Source: Vicinamibacterales bacterium (GTDB taxonomy: Bacteria; Acidobacteriota; Vicinamibacteria; Vicinamibacterales; UBA8438). Taken from it: a stretch of 64,000 nt of DNA. Where the stretch lies: the NCBI GenBank assembly GCA_036012905.1, contig DASCQF010000009.1:12982-76981 (forward strand), read 5' to 3'. The position numbers and the translations under genes were made by a program. Positions 44,964 through 54,373 of this stretch are shown here, one piece after another (the first letter of the stretch is position 1; every line of letters begins with the position of its first letter). The notes under the pieces were generated by a model, which worked only from the letters and a program-made list of their open reading frames with translations, had not been told where the DNA came from and ran no database searches.

Positions 44964-45736
44964 GGACTTCCCCGCCTCGCTTCCCTCCCACGACCGACCT
45001 GGCCGACGCCAGTGGATGACCCCGACTCCGCCCCCCGACCCCATCCACATGGGGTAACCAACCTCACGCCTGCTCGAAGCGCCCATTCAACTCAACCGGT
45101 GACACCGCGATGTGGGGCGATGACGGCGTCCATACTAGGGCGGGGGTGCGATATCTCACACCTTGCGTGAGCCATGCTTGGCGACGAGTGCTGCATGAGC
45201 AGCTGTGTGTGAATCAAGGCACTAGTTGATTTCATGCTATATACCTGCTATAAGCGTAGTACGAGTTAGAGCAAGTTGTCCGGGACCAGGCTGGGGCTGA
45301 GCACGAAGCCTGTCTGTCACGCATTGGCGACCACCGCCTTGGTGGCATTCGATGTGAACCTGTTCCTGGCGGCTGGGTGTGCGGGGAGGCGAGCAGGTTC
45401 GGGATTAGGACTTGGGGAAGGCCTATGCTACGTAACGCGTCCGTGTTGATTATCGACGACGAGGAGGTTGACCCGCCCCCTGCGGCCGTTCCACTTGTTA
45501 AGAGAGAGCGAAGTTCATATGTAGCCCGACGCCTGGTGCTGGCGTGACGGCCCGCCGGAGAGGCTAACACCTCCCATCGTGCCAGTGTCAACTCGACCGT
45601 GCCTGGTCGCAGCACGATCGCGTGCGGCTCCCGAGACCAGCCCTCACGGAACGCATTTCGACCAGCGGCCCGGCCGTGAGAGAATCATGACCATACAGAG
45701 GACGGCCGGTGCACAGGGCCGCCAAGGAGGATTGCC

Positions 45737-46678
45737 ATGAGCACGCGACACGGACGCGCGCAGTATATCGGTTCGGCCCTGTTGGGTGGGCTGTTGCTGG
45801 TGCCGACCCTCGCCGCCGGTCAGCAGAATGTGCGGGGTTTGCAGGGTGTGTGGGATTTCCGAAGTGTCGTGCCGTTCGAACGCCCCGAGGATCTCGCCGG
45901 GAAGGAGACCTTCACCGAAGAGGAGGCGGCCGCCTTCGAGCAACAGCGCGTCGACGAGCTCAACGTCGATCTGCGACGGGACGAAAACGGACGCGTCCCG
46001 CTCTCCGGAGGCTACAACAACTTCTGGTATGACCGTGGCACGTCCATCGGTGAGGAGCGTCGGACCTCGCTCGTCGTCGACCCACCCGACGGACGGATGC
46101 CGGCGCGGACGGACGCGGCACGGGAGCGGAACGCCGAACGAGGGAGACTCCTCGGACGCGACGCGCACGGACCTGAAGACCGGGGCGCGTTCGAGCGCTG
46201 CATCCTGGGCTTCAACTCGGGCCCCCCGATGAACCCGAGCGCCTACAACAACAACATGCAGCTGTTTCAGACCGACGATCACGTGGCGATCCTGAACGAA
46301 ATGGTGCACGACTCGCGTGTCATTCCGCTGGATGGGTCTGCGCATCTCCCCGACAGCGTCCGGCAGTGGATGGGTGACTCACGGGGGCACTGGGACGGCA
46401 ACACGCTGGTCGTCGAAACGAAGAACTTCACCAACAAGACCAGCTTCCGCGGGTCAGGCCCGAACATGCACCTGGTCGAGCGATTCACCAGGGCCGACGC
46501 CGACACGTTGGTCTACGAATACACAGTCACCGACCCGGAGTCGTTCGCGCGCCCCTGGTCGGCGCGAACCTTGATGAAGCGCTCGGACGCACCGGTCTAC
46601 GAGTACGCGTGCCACGAGGGCAACTATGGCATGGACAACCTGCTGGTCGCGGCCCGCGACGCTGAGCTGAAGCAATGA
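45737..46678 (+). CDS. secreted protein of unknown function, paralog 3 of 3 (family X)
   Basis: It has a signal peptide and the same conserved blocks, and is closest to paralog 1. The RBS is AAGGAGG. Its stop overlaps the next gene's start (ATGA at 46675-46678). Confidence 0.75.
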   Translation: MSTRHGRAQYIGSALLGGLLLVPTLAAGQQNVRGLQGVWDFRSVVPFERPEDLAGKETFTEEEAAAFEQQRVDELNVDLRRDENGRVPLSGGYNNFWYDRGTSIGEERRTSLVVDPPDGRMPARTDAARERNAERGRLLGRDAHGPEDRGAFERCILGFNSGPPMNPSAYNNNMQLFQTDDHVAILNEMVHDSRVIPLDGSAHLPDSVRQWMGDSRGHWDGNTLVVETKNFTNKTSFRGSGPNMHLVERFTRADADTLVYEYTVTDPESFARPWSARTLMKRSDAPVYEYACHEGNYGMDNLLVAARDAELKQ

Positions 46679-48741
46679 CCCGTTCCGCCGCGACGCTCGC
46701 AGCCGCCGGGCGGGCGCTCGGTGGTGTTCTGCTGGTTGCCGGCGCCGCCGCCGGGGCCACCGTTCCGCTCGATACGAGCGGCGTGCGTCCCGGCCCGGTG
46801 ACGGTCACCGAACAGGGCGACACCGTGGTCGTCGCCTGGCCCGACGAGACGGGGCGCCCCTGGCGAGCAACATTTTCGCTCGACCCGGAGCGTCCGCTCA
46901 TTCAGTCGATCGCGGTGAACGGCGCCTCGATCGTGTCCAACGCCCGCCCGTACTACCGAGGCGAAACGGGGACGCGGCGACGCGGCTGGAACGCCTTCTT
47001 CGACTACCCCCCGGACCATCCCGACGGCACCCGCGCCGCACAGGGCCGCTTCCAGTTGCGCACGGCGACGGTCCGCACGCTCGGCGACCGGGTCGAGCTG
47101 CTGTTCGACGGGTTGCAGATGGGCGTGTTCGACGGCGGGATCGCCTACACCGTCTACCCCGGCAGCCGCCTGATCCAGCAAGAGGCGGTCGTCACCACCT
47201 CCCAGCCCGATGTCGCCTACTACTACGACGCAGGGTGGGACATGACGGCCGCCGCGGACCGAACGCCCGGGAACAACATGGAGACCCGGGTCAGCTACTA
47301 CGACACCAGCGGATCGCTCCGGCATGACACGGCGACCGGGTTCGACCCGGAGCGCGTGCCGGTGGAAGTGCGCTACCGCACGCTGGCGATGGACACCGAG
47401 CGCGGCAGCGTGGCGGTCTTTCCCGCCCCGCACCAGTACTTCTTTCCCCGGGACTTCACCTCGAACCTGGGGCAGCTCTGGCACCGGTCGTGGCGGGGCC
47501 GCGTATCGCTCGGGATCAGGCAGATTCGCGACACCAACTGGCGCTTCTATCCCTGGATGAACGCGCCGCCAGGCCAGATGCAGCGGATGTCGGTGTTCTT
47601 CCTGCTGTCAGACGCGGGGTCGACCGAGACGCTCGACGACGTGCTGGCCTTCACCAATCGCGACCGGTTCCGTCCGATCGCCGGGTACAAGACCCTGAGC
47701 ACCCACTGGCATCTGGCGTATACCGTGCAGGCGCTCGAGCACGGCTTCGACTGGACGCCGCCGTTCAAGCCGGTGCTGAAAGCGATGGGGGTCGACGCGT
47801 CGATCATCATGGACTTCCATGGCGACGGGCATCCGCGAGACCTGACCGACCTGCGGCTCGACGAGCTCGACGCCTACTTCACGGCGCTGCGGGCACAATC
47901 GGAGCCGGACTTCCTGCTCATTCCGAGCGAGGAAGCCAACGTCCACTTCGGCGGGCACTGGGCGCTGGTGTTTCCGAAACCGGTCTACTGGTTCATGGGG
48001 CGTCCAGAGGGCACCCTATTCGAGACGACCCACCCGAAGTACGGCACCGTCTACAGTACGGCAGATGCCGCCGAGCTCCTCGAGCTGGTGCGTCGCGAGG
48101 GGGGTGTCATGTATCAGACGCATCCCCGAACCAAGGGCTCGACCGGCTTTCCGGACCGGATCGCCGAAACCGACCACTTCCAGGATCCGGCGTATCTTGG
48201 CGCCGGCTGGAAAGCGATGCCGTCGGACCCCTCGTCCCCGCGGCTGGGCGAGCGGTCGCTGACGCTGCTCGATGACTTGAGCGCGCAGGGCATCCGGAAA
48301 CAGATCTTCGGCGAGGTCGACGTGTTCCAGTTCGACGAGACACACGAGCTCTACGCCCACATGAACATCAACTACATCCGCCTCGACGCGCTGCCGCCGT
48401 TCGACCGGTGGAACGAGGCGGTCGAGCCGCTGGCCCGCGGGGATTTCTTCACCACGACCGGCGAGGTGCTGCTTCCGCAGGTCGATCTGTCGACCTCCAG
48501 TGATGACCGGATTCAGGCGCGAGTCGCGGTCGACTGGACTTTCCCGCTGCGCTTCGCCGAGATCGTCTGGGGCGCGGGCGATCAGATCCACCGCGAGACG
48601 ATTCCGCTCGCCGACACGCGCCCCTTCGGCGCCGAAACGTTCGAGTGGGCGGTCGACGCCGCCGGATGGGACTGGGCGCGGGTAGCCGTGTGGGACGTCG
48701 CCGCCAATGGCGCGTTCGTCAACCCGACCTGGCGGGACTGA
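46675..48741 (+). CDS. large secreted protein of unknown function, His-motif family (paralog of 32125-34428)
   Basis: It has a signal-like N-terminus. Shared blocks are THWH, FGGHWALVFPKPVYW and YQTHPRTKGSTGFPD. It is translationally coupled to family X paralog 3. Confidence 0.7.
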   Translation: MTRSAATLAAAGRALGGVLLVAGAAAGATVPLDTSGVRPGPVTVTEQGDTVVVAWPDETGRPWRATFSLDPERPLIQSIAVNGASIVSNARPYYRGETGTRRRGWNAFFDYPPDHPDGTRAAQGRFQLRTATVRTLGDRVELLFDGLQMGVFDGGIAYTVYPGSRLIQQEAVVTTSQPDVAYYYDAGWDMTAAADRTPGNNMETRVSYYDTSGSLRHDTATGFDPERVPVEVRYRTLAMDTERGSVAVFPAPHQYFFPRDFTSNLGQLWHRSWRGRVSLGIRQIRDTNWRFYPWMNAPPGQMQRMSVFFLLSDAGSTETLDDVLAFTNRDRFRPIAGYKTLSTHWHLAYTVQALEHGFDWTPPFKPVLKAMGVDASIIMDFHGDGHPRDLTDLRLDELDAYFTALRAQSEPDFLLIPSEEANVHFGGHWALVFPKPVYWFMGRPEGTLFETTHPKYGTVYSTADAAELLELVRREGGVMYQTHPRTKGSTGFPDRIAETDHFQDPAYLGAGWKAMPSDPSSPRLGERSLTLLDDLSAQGIRKQIFGEVDVFQFDETHELYAHMNINYIRLDALPPFDRWNEAVEPLARGDFFTTTGEVLLPQVDLSTSSDDRIQARVAVDWTFPLRFAEIVWGAGDQIHRETIPLADTRPFGAETFEWAVDAAGWDWARVAVWDVAANGAFVNPTWRD

Positions 48742-48763
48742 GCCCTCGTCACACGTTGACCAG

Positions 48764-49822
48764 CTAGAACATCGCCACCGGGTTGACCGGGCTGCCGGTC
48801 CCGCGCGCGACGTTGAGCGGCAACAGCATGAACATGAACGCGTAGCGTTCTTCCTCGGCGCACGCTGCGGCGACCGGCTCGAGCCGCGCGTTGTCGAGCA
48901 GCGCCACCCCGAAGTTGAAGAGCACCCCGTGCACCGGCCACGGCAGATCGACGTCCGCCGCGCGGGCATCCATCAGATCCCACCCGAGCAGCGCGACGTC
49001 GTGGTCGCGAATGAACTCGGCACAGCTCGGATGCAGCCCCGCGCCCCCCCGTTCGCCGCTCTCTCTGTTCGACTCCCAGCCGCTGTGAACCAGCAGCGCG
49101 TCGCCCGACTCGACGGAAACACCCTGTGCGCGCGCGATCTCCTCGAGCTCGGCACCACGCACAGGTCGATCGGCCGTCACATGCGGTTCGCCACGATGAC
49201 GCGGCACATCGAGCAGCACGCCCTTGGTGATGATGCCACTGTTCCAGTTGGTGATGTCGCCGAAGTGGGCGCCCTGTGTGTCGATTTCGACGTCGGGATC
49301 CCGTCCTTGCCACATGCCGTCCTGGTCCCAGATGTGGCAGAGCGCATCGACGTGGGTCACCGTCGCGCCGTGATAGATGAAGCCGAGGTAGTCCATGACG
49401 TAGCCGCCCCCGCCGCCCAGCGAGCTCTTCGTCATGAAGTGCTGCGGCGGCTCGAAGACGCGACTCAGCGAGACGGTGCGGCCATTGCGCACCAGCGCGG
49501 CCGCCGCCGCGCGCTTCTCGGCCGTGATGAGGTTAATCGCGCCCACCTGATCGTTGGCGCCCCAGCGGCCCCAATTGCGGCGGTCGCGATACATCGCGGC
49601 GTAGTCGGCGGTCTCGCCAGACTGGACTGCGGGCGCCGCGGCGGTCCGCGCCTGGGCGGCCTGCCGCGACAGCAGCTCGGGGGGCGACACCGAATCTGCC
49701 AAGTCCAGGTGCGCGGAGGGCACGTGTGTACCCGGCTCGGTCCATGCCGTCGCCGGTCGCGCCAGCGCCGCGCCGCCCATGGCGGCCGCACGCATCAAAA
49801 ACCGTCGTCGTGATGAAGCCAT
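48764..49822 (-). CDS. cyclase-family protein (arylformamidase/kynurenine-formamidase-like) with Tat signal
   Basis: It has the twin-arginine motif SRRRFLMRAAAMGGAAL and the family motif THVDALCHIW. Confidence 0.75.
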   Translation of the reverse strand: MASSRRRFLMRAAAMGGAALARPATAWTEPGTHVPSAHLDLADSVSPPELLSRQAAQARTAAAPAVQSGETADYAAMYRDRRNWGRWGANDQVGAINLITAEKRAAAAALVRNGRTVSLSRVFEPPQHFMTKSSLGGGGGYVMDYLGFIYHGATVTHVDALCHIWDQDGMWQGRDPDVEIDTQGAHFGDITNWNSGIITKGVLLDVPRHRGEPHVTADRPVRGAELEEIARAQGVSVESGDALLVHSGWESNRESGERGGAGLHPSCAEFIRDHDVALLGWDLMDARAADVDLPWPVHGVLFNFGVALLDNARLEPVAAACAEEERYAFMFMLLPLNVARGTGSPVNPVAMF

Positions 49823-50074
49823 GTTGTTGTCCCCCCCATAGTGGCACCGGTCATAAATACGGTTGCATTCGGTCGCCGATGCATTCCGCCTGGCAGCGTT
49901 GTTTCTTCCTCAAGTATTGCCAGATATTCCCGGTCGTCTCGCCTTGCCAGCCGGGCGCTTCGACGCCCTCGGTGCGTGACCGTACTTATGACCGGGACCA
50001 CCTAGCTATCAAGGCCCTGCTGGCGCCCACAGTGTCATGACGCCTACCAACGGAGCGCCCGAAGCCTGAAGACG

Positions 50075-50101
50075 GCAGGCTGAGCTTCTTCAGCAGCCTG
50101 C
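50075..50101 (-). terminator. possible intrinsic-terminator-like hairpin just downstream of the first PQQ dehydrogenase gene
   Basis: An 8-bp stem pairs GCAGGCTG (50075-50082) with CAGCCTGC (50094-50101) around an 11-nt loop. It starts 8 nt after the stop at 50110 on the minus strand. The trailing U-run is weak (TCTTC). Confidence 0.35.
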
Positions 50102-50109
50102 TGGAGCCT

Positions 50110-52086
50110 TTAGGGCAGACTCAGCGCGACGAGTCCAGGCACCTCACCGCCGATCGTCAGCGAGATGTACTGCTTGCCCTCGTACATGTAGGTCATCGGC
50201 GTACCGATGGCGCCGGCCGTGAGATCGATGGAACCGACGACCTCGCCGCTCGCCTTGTCGCGCGCCACTAGACGCGGCCCGCCGTTCGATCCGCCGGCCG
50301 AGAGCGCGCTGACGAGTAGCGTCTTCGTCAGCACCGGTCCGCCCCGTCCCTCGCCGCCCAGCGGCGGCAAGTCGAGGTCGCGCAACGCCGGGTGGTTCCG
50401 GAGTCGGTCGCCGTCACCGTTCGGCTGCATCCAGGCGTGCTCGCCTTCGTTGAGATCGATGGCGGTGATCCGGGAGTAGGGCGGCTTGAACAGTGGCAGC
50501 CCCTGCGGCATCCTCGGCTGCTGCCCGCTGCCGAACTCGCTCTGCGTGAAGCGGAGGTTACCGCCTTCTGCCGGGTCGGGCGTGTAGTACTTCAGGACCG
50601 AGAAGCTGTTCGACGACGGCACATACAAGGTGCCCGTCTCCGGGTCTGCCGCCGAGCCGGCCCAGGTCGCGGAACCGCCGATCTGGGGACGCTGGATCGT
50701 TCCCTGCAGGCCGCCGTCGACACTCAGCATCGGCGGGGTGAACAGTGGCCCGAGCCGGAAGTTCTTGACCACCTCGACCGCCATCGCCCGGATCTCCGGT
50801 GTGAAGTCGACCAGGTCATCGATGGTGACCCCCTGGTAGTCGAACGGGGGTGGCTTGGTCGGAAACGGCTGCGTCGGCGAGAGGACGTCGCCCTCCAGGT
50901 CGGTGTCGGTCTCCACCGGTCGCTCCTCGATCGGCCACACGGGGTCGCCCGTCACCCGGTCAAAGACGTAGGTGAACGCCTGCTTGCTGACCTGCGCGAT
51001 CGCCTTGATGGGGCGACCGTCGACCGTGATGTCGATGAGGCTCGGCGCCGCCGGGAAGTCGTAGTCCCAGACGCCATGGTGCACCGCCTGAAAGTGCCAC
51101 ATACGTTGTCCCGTCGCGGTGTCGACGGCGACGAGACTCTCGGCGAAGAGGTTGTCACCCAGACGGTGCCCGCCGTAGTAGTCGCTGGTGGGCGTGCCGG
51201 TCGGAAGAAAGACGTAGCCGGTCTCGTCGTCTGCGGCCATCGGCGGCCAGACGTTCACGTTGCCCGAGTAGCGCCACGATTCGTTCAGCCAGGTGTCGGC
51301 GCCGAAGTCGTCGCCGCTGGGCACCGTCCGGAAGGTCCACTTCGTGTCGCCGGTGCGGGCGTCCACGCCCTTGATCCATCCCGGCGGCGCCTCCTTGCGG
51401 ACGACGAAGTCGGAGATGATCGTCGGCGTGACCACGATGTCGCCCACGACGACGGGCGGCGACTTGACCCCGAGCAGGACGCGCCCCTGATAATTCGTCT
51501 CGCCCCGCGCAGCGCGTGGAATGCCCTCGGTCAGGTCGACCCGGCCGTTGTCGCCGAAGCCGGGTACGGGTCGCCCGGTGGCGGCATCGACCGCGTGCAG
51601 GTACCCCTCGCTGGTGCCCCAGAAGATGCGCGCCTCCTCGTCGTCGGACCAGTAAGCGATGCCGCGTGACCCGTAGCCGTGGGTCGGCTCGCCACCGCTA
51701 TAGACTTCCGGGTCGTATACCCAGAGTGTTTGGCCTGTGCCGGCGTCGATCGCGGCCACCTGATACATCGCAGTCGACAGATAGAGCACGCCGTCGACCA
51801 TCAGGGGGGTCGCCTGGAGGCCCCGGATCGACACCCCCTGCCGCTGCTCGCGCAGCGCCTCGAGATCGAGCGCGCCGTCGGCCGATTCCCAGCTCCACGC
51901 GACGCGCAGGTCGTCGAAGTTGGTCGCGTCGACCTGATCCAGCGGCGAGTATTTCGTCCCGCCGTTGTCGCCGCCGTAGTAGCGCCATTCGCCGTCGGTG
52001 GCGCCATACTGGGCCAGCGCCGGGCTCGAACAGAGCAGAACCGCGCACCAGGTCACGGCATAGACCAGGCACTGTCGGATCGTCAT
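50110..52086 (-). CDS. soluble periplasmic PQQ-dependent dehydrogenase (eight-bladed propeller quinoprotein), paralog 1
   Basis: It has a signal peptide. The N-terminal quinoprotein pattern is EWRYYGGDNGGTKYSPLDQVDATNFDDLRVAW. Repeated W-docking blades are present, along with DNLFAESLVAVD..TGQRMWHFQAVHHGVWDYD. Confidence 0.85.
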   Translation of the reverse strand: MTIRQCLVYAVTWCAVLLCSSPALAQYGATDGEWRYYGGDNGGTKYSPLDQVDATNFDDLRVAWSWESADGALDLEALREQRQGVSIRGLQATPLMVDGVLYLSTAMYQVAAIDAGTGQTLWVYDPEVYSGGEPTHGYGSRGIAYWSDDEEARIFWGTSEGYLHAVDAATGRPVPGFGDNGRVDLTEGIPRAARGETNYQGRVLLGVKSPPVVVGDIVVTPTIISDFVVRKEAPPGWIKGVDARTGDTKWTFRTVPSGDDFGADTWLNESWRYSGNVNVWPPMAADDETGYVFLPTGTPTSDYYGGHRLGDNLFAESLVAVDTATGQRMWHFQAVHHGVWDYDFPAAPSLIDITVDGRPIKAIAQVSKQAFTYVFDRVTGDPVWPIEERPVETDTDLEGDVLSPTQPFPTKPPPFDYQGVTIDDLVDFTPEIRAMAVEVVKNFRLGPLFTPPMLSVDGGLQGTIQRPQIGGSATWAGSAADPETGTLYVPSSNSFSVLKYYTPDPAEGGNLRFTQSEFGSGQQPRMPQGLPLFKPPYSRITAIDLNEGEHAWMQPNGDGDRLRNHPALRDLDLPPLGGEGRGGPVLTKTLLVSALSAGGSNGGPRLVARDKASGEVVGSIDLTAGAIGTPMTYMYEGKQYISLTIGGEVPGLVALSLP

Positions 52087-52165
52087 AAGTCTCCCCCGTC
52101 CATCGAGCTGAAGCCTTGCCCTACCGATGTCATTCCACGTGAGCTGTTTCCAGTGGCGGTCCCCT

Positions 52166-54163
52166 CTATGGGAGCGCCAGCGCGATCAATTCCGGAACCT
52201 CGCCGCCCACTGTCAGGGCGATGTGCTGTCTGCCGTCGAGCATGTAGGTCATCGGCGTGCCGATCGCGCCGCCGGGCAGGCCGACCGAGGCGAGAATCTC
52301 GCCGGTGGCCTTGTCCCGCGCCACGAGACGCGGACCGTCGTCGGCGCCTCCGGCCGTGAGCGCGCTCACCAGCAGCGTCTTGGTCAGCAGCGGTCCGCCC
52401 CGCCCGTCGCCGCCGAGGGGCGGCAAGTCGAGGTCGCGCAGCAGCGGGTGGTTGCGAAGCCGGTTGCCGTCGCCGTTGGGCTGCATCCAGGCGTGCTCAC
52501 CGGCATTGAGGTCGATGGCGGTCATGCGGGTGTAGGGCGGCTTGAGCAGCGGGAGGCCCTGCGGCATCTGCGGCTGCACGCCGGCCGCGAGCCCGCGGAA
52601 CGTGTACCGGAGGTTGCCGCCGTCGACCGAGTCCGGCGTGTAGTACTTGAGCACCGAGAACCTGTTCAGCGACGGCACGTACAGGAGACCGGTCTCCGGA
52701 TCGACGGCGGCCCCGCTCCAGTTCGCGCCGCCGCCGACATAGGGACGCTGAATCGTCCCGTGTAGCCCTCCGTCGGCGCTCAGCATCGGCGGCGAGAAGA
52801 GCGGCCCGAGCCGAAAGTCCTTGACCGCTTCGACCGCCATCGCCCGGATCTCCGGGGTGAAATCGACCAGGTCGTCGATGGTCACGCCCTGATACTCGAA
52901 CGGCGGGGGCTTGGTCGGGAACGGCTGGGTCGGCGACAGCACTTCGCCCTCCAGGTCGCTGTCGGTCGCGACCGGCCGCTCCTCGATCGGCCAGACCGGA
53001 TCGCCGGTGACGCGGTCGAAGACGTAGGTGAAACCTTGCTTGCTAACCTGGGCGAGCGCCTTCACCGGGCGGCCGTCCACCGTGATGTCGACCAGGTTGG
53101 GCGCGGCGGGGAAGTCGTAGTCCCAGACCCCGTGATGCACCGCCTGGAAGTGCCACATCCTCTGGCCGGTCTCGATGTCGAGCGCGACGACGCTCTCGGC
53201 GAAGAGGTTGTCGCCCAGACGGTGGCCGCCGTAGTAGTCGCCCGTCGGCGTCCCGGTCGGCAGATAGACGTAGCCGAGCTCGTCGTCGACGCTGAGGAAC
53301 GACCACACGTTGGTGTTACCAGAGTAGCGCCACGACTCGTTCTGCCAGCTGTCTGCACCGAAGTCGTCAGCCTGCGGCACGGTGCGGAACATCCACTTCG
53401 TATCGCCGGTGCGCGCGTCGACCCCCCTGACCCACCCGGGCGGGGCTTCCTTCTTGATCGCACTATCCGAGATGACCGACGGTGTGACGACGACGTCGTG
53501 GGCGACGATCGGCGGCGAGGCCACACCGATCAGATTGCGGCCGTTGTAGTTCGTCTCTCCGCGCACGGCGCGGGGAATGCCCTCCATCAGGTCGACACGA
53601 CCGTCGATCCCGAACTCGCGCACGGGTTGTCCGGTGTCGGCATCGAGCGCGAGCAGATAGCCCCCATGCGTGCCGAAGAAGATCCGCGCGTCATTGGGGT
53701 CTTCGTCGTCTTCCCAGTAGGCGACTCCGCGCGAGTTGTAGAAGTGTGTCGGTTGCCCCTCCAGGTAGTACTCCGGGTTGTGGACCCAGAGCGTCTCTCC
53801 CGTGCCGGCATCGATCGCGGCCACCTGTTGCAGCGCCGTCGAGATATACAGCACGCCGTCGACCATCAGGGGCGAGGCCTGGAACATCCGAAACTGAATA
53901 CGCGGCACCTGTTCCCGGATCGCCTCCATGTCGAGCGAGGCGTCCACCGTCTGCCAGCGCCAGGCCATGCGCAGGTCGCCGAAGTTCGCCGCGTCGATCT
54001 GATCCAGCGGTGAGTACTTGGTGCTACCCAGATCGCCCCCATAGCTCCGCCACTCGCCGTTCGTGGCGCCGTACTGGGCCAGGCCCAGGGCCGGCCACAG
54101 CAGCACCGCGCAACAGCAGGCGGCACAGACAAGGAATGAACTCGGACTCGGCATCCTTGGCAT
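52166..54163 (-). CDS. soluble periplasmic PQQ-dependent dehydrogenase, paralog 2 (tandem with paralog 1)
   Basis: It is collinear with paralog 1 along its whole length, with long identical blocks such as HFQAVHHGVWDYDFPAAP, FTYVFDRVTGDPVWPIEERPV and LSPTQPFPTKPPPF. Confidence 0.85.
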   Translation of the reverse strand: MPRMPSPSSFLVCAACCCAVLLWPALGLAQYGATNGEWRSYGGDLGSTKYSPLDQIDAANFGDLRMAWRWQTVDASLDMEAIREQVPRIQFRMFQASPLMVDGVLYISTALQQVAAIDAGTGETLWVHNPEYYLEGQPTHFYNSRGVAYWEDDEDPNDARIFFGTHGGYLLALDADTGQPVREFGIDGRVDLMEGIPRAVRGETNYNGRNLIGVASPPIVAHDVVVTPSVISDSAIKKEAPPGWVRGVDARTGDTKWMFRTVPQADDFGADSWQNESWRYSGNTNVWSFLSVDDELGYVYLPTGTPTGDYYGGHRLGDNLFAESVVALDIETGQRMWHFQAVHHGVWDYDFPAAPNLVDITVDGRPVKALAQVSKQGFTYVFDRVTGDPVWPIEERPVATDSDLEGEVLSPTQPFPTKPPPFEYQGVTIDDLVDFTPEIRAMAVEAVKDFRLGPLFSPPMLSADGGLHGTIQRPYVGGGANWSGAAVDPETGLLYVPSLNRFSVLKYYTPDSVDGGNLRYTFRGLAAGVQPQMPQGLPLLKPPYTRMTAIDLNAGEHAWMQPNGDGNRLRNHPLLRDLDLPPLGGDGRGGPLLTKTLLVSALTAGGADDGPRLVARDKATGEILASVGLPGGAIGTPMTYMLDGRQHIALTVGGEVPELIALALP

Positions 54164-54373
54164 CGCTTCCCCTTGCGTCCTCAGCCATCGCCGGCGCTAC
54201 CGGGACTCTGGGACATGTTGACTGGACGGCTGATTATACCGTCGCCTATCCTCCTTGCTAGACATTGACGGTTCGGTTCGTCGCCGCCAGGCGTTGAACC
54301 ACGGGGGGACGTCGGTGCAGTGCGCGTCACGAATTGCTGAGGACCAGGCTGCTAGAGAAGGGAGCCGCCTGCC

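Noticed and set aside
45425-45547. The mini-ORF contains VLIIDDEE, which resembles the beginning of a CheY-like receiver domain. This might suggest calling a response-regulator gene next to cheR.
   Set aside because: Only about 8 residues resemble a receiver and the ORF stops after 40 codons. No further receiver motifs (the DD...D...T...K pattern) appear in any frame. I kept it only as an alternative explanation in the spacer finding.
45570-45600. GCCAGTG near 45582 resembles the B12-box core (GCCACTG) of cobalamin riboswitches.
   Set aside because: It has one mismatch in the core, and the flanking conserved cobalamin-riboswitch elements are not recognisable. The downstream gene has no link to B12.
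45291-45640. GGGGCTGA at about 45291 resembles the 5' acceptor end of tmRNA, in a long non-coding stretch.
   Set aside because: The sequence lacks the UUCGAC-type continuation. I found no T-arm (GGTTCGAATCC-like) and no matching 3' acceptor strand with CCA downstream. The resemblance is limited to 8 nt.
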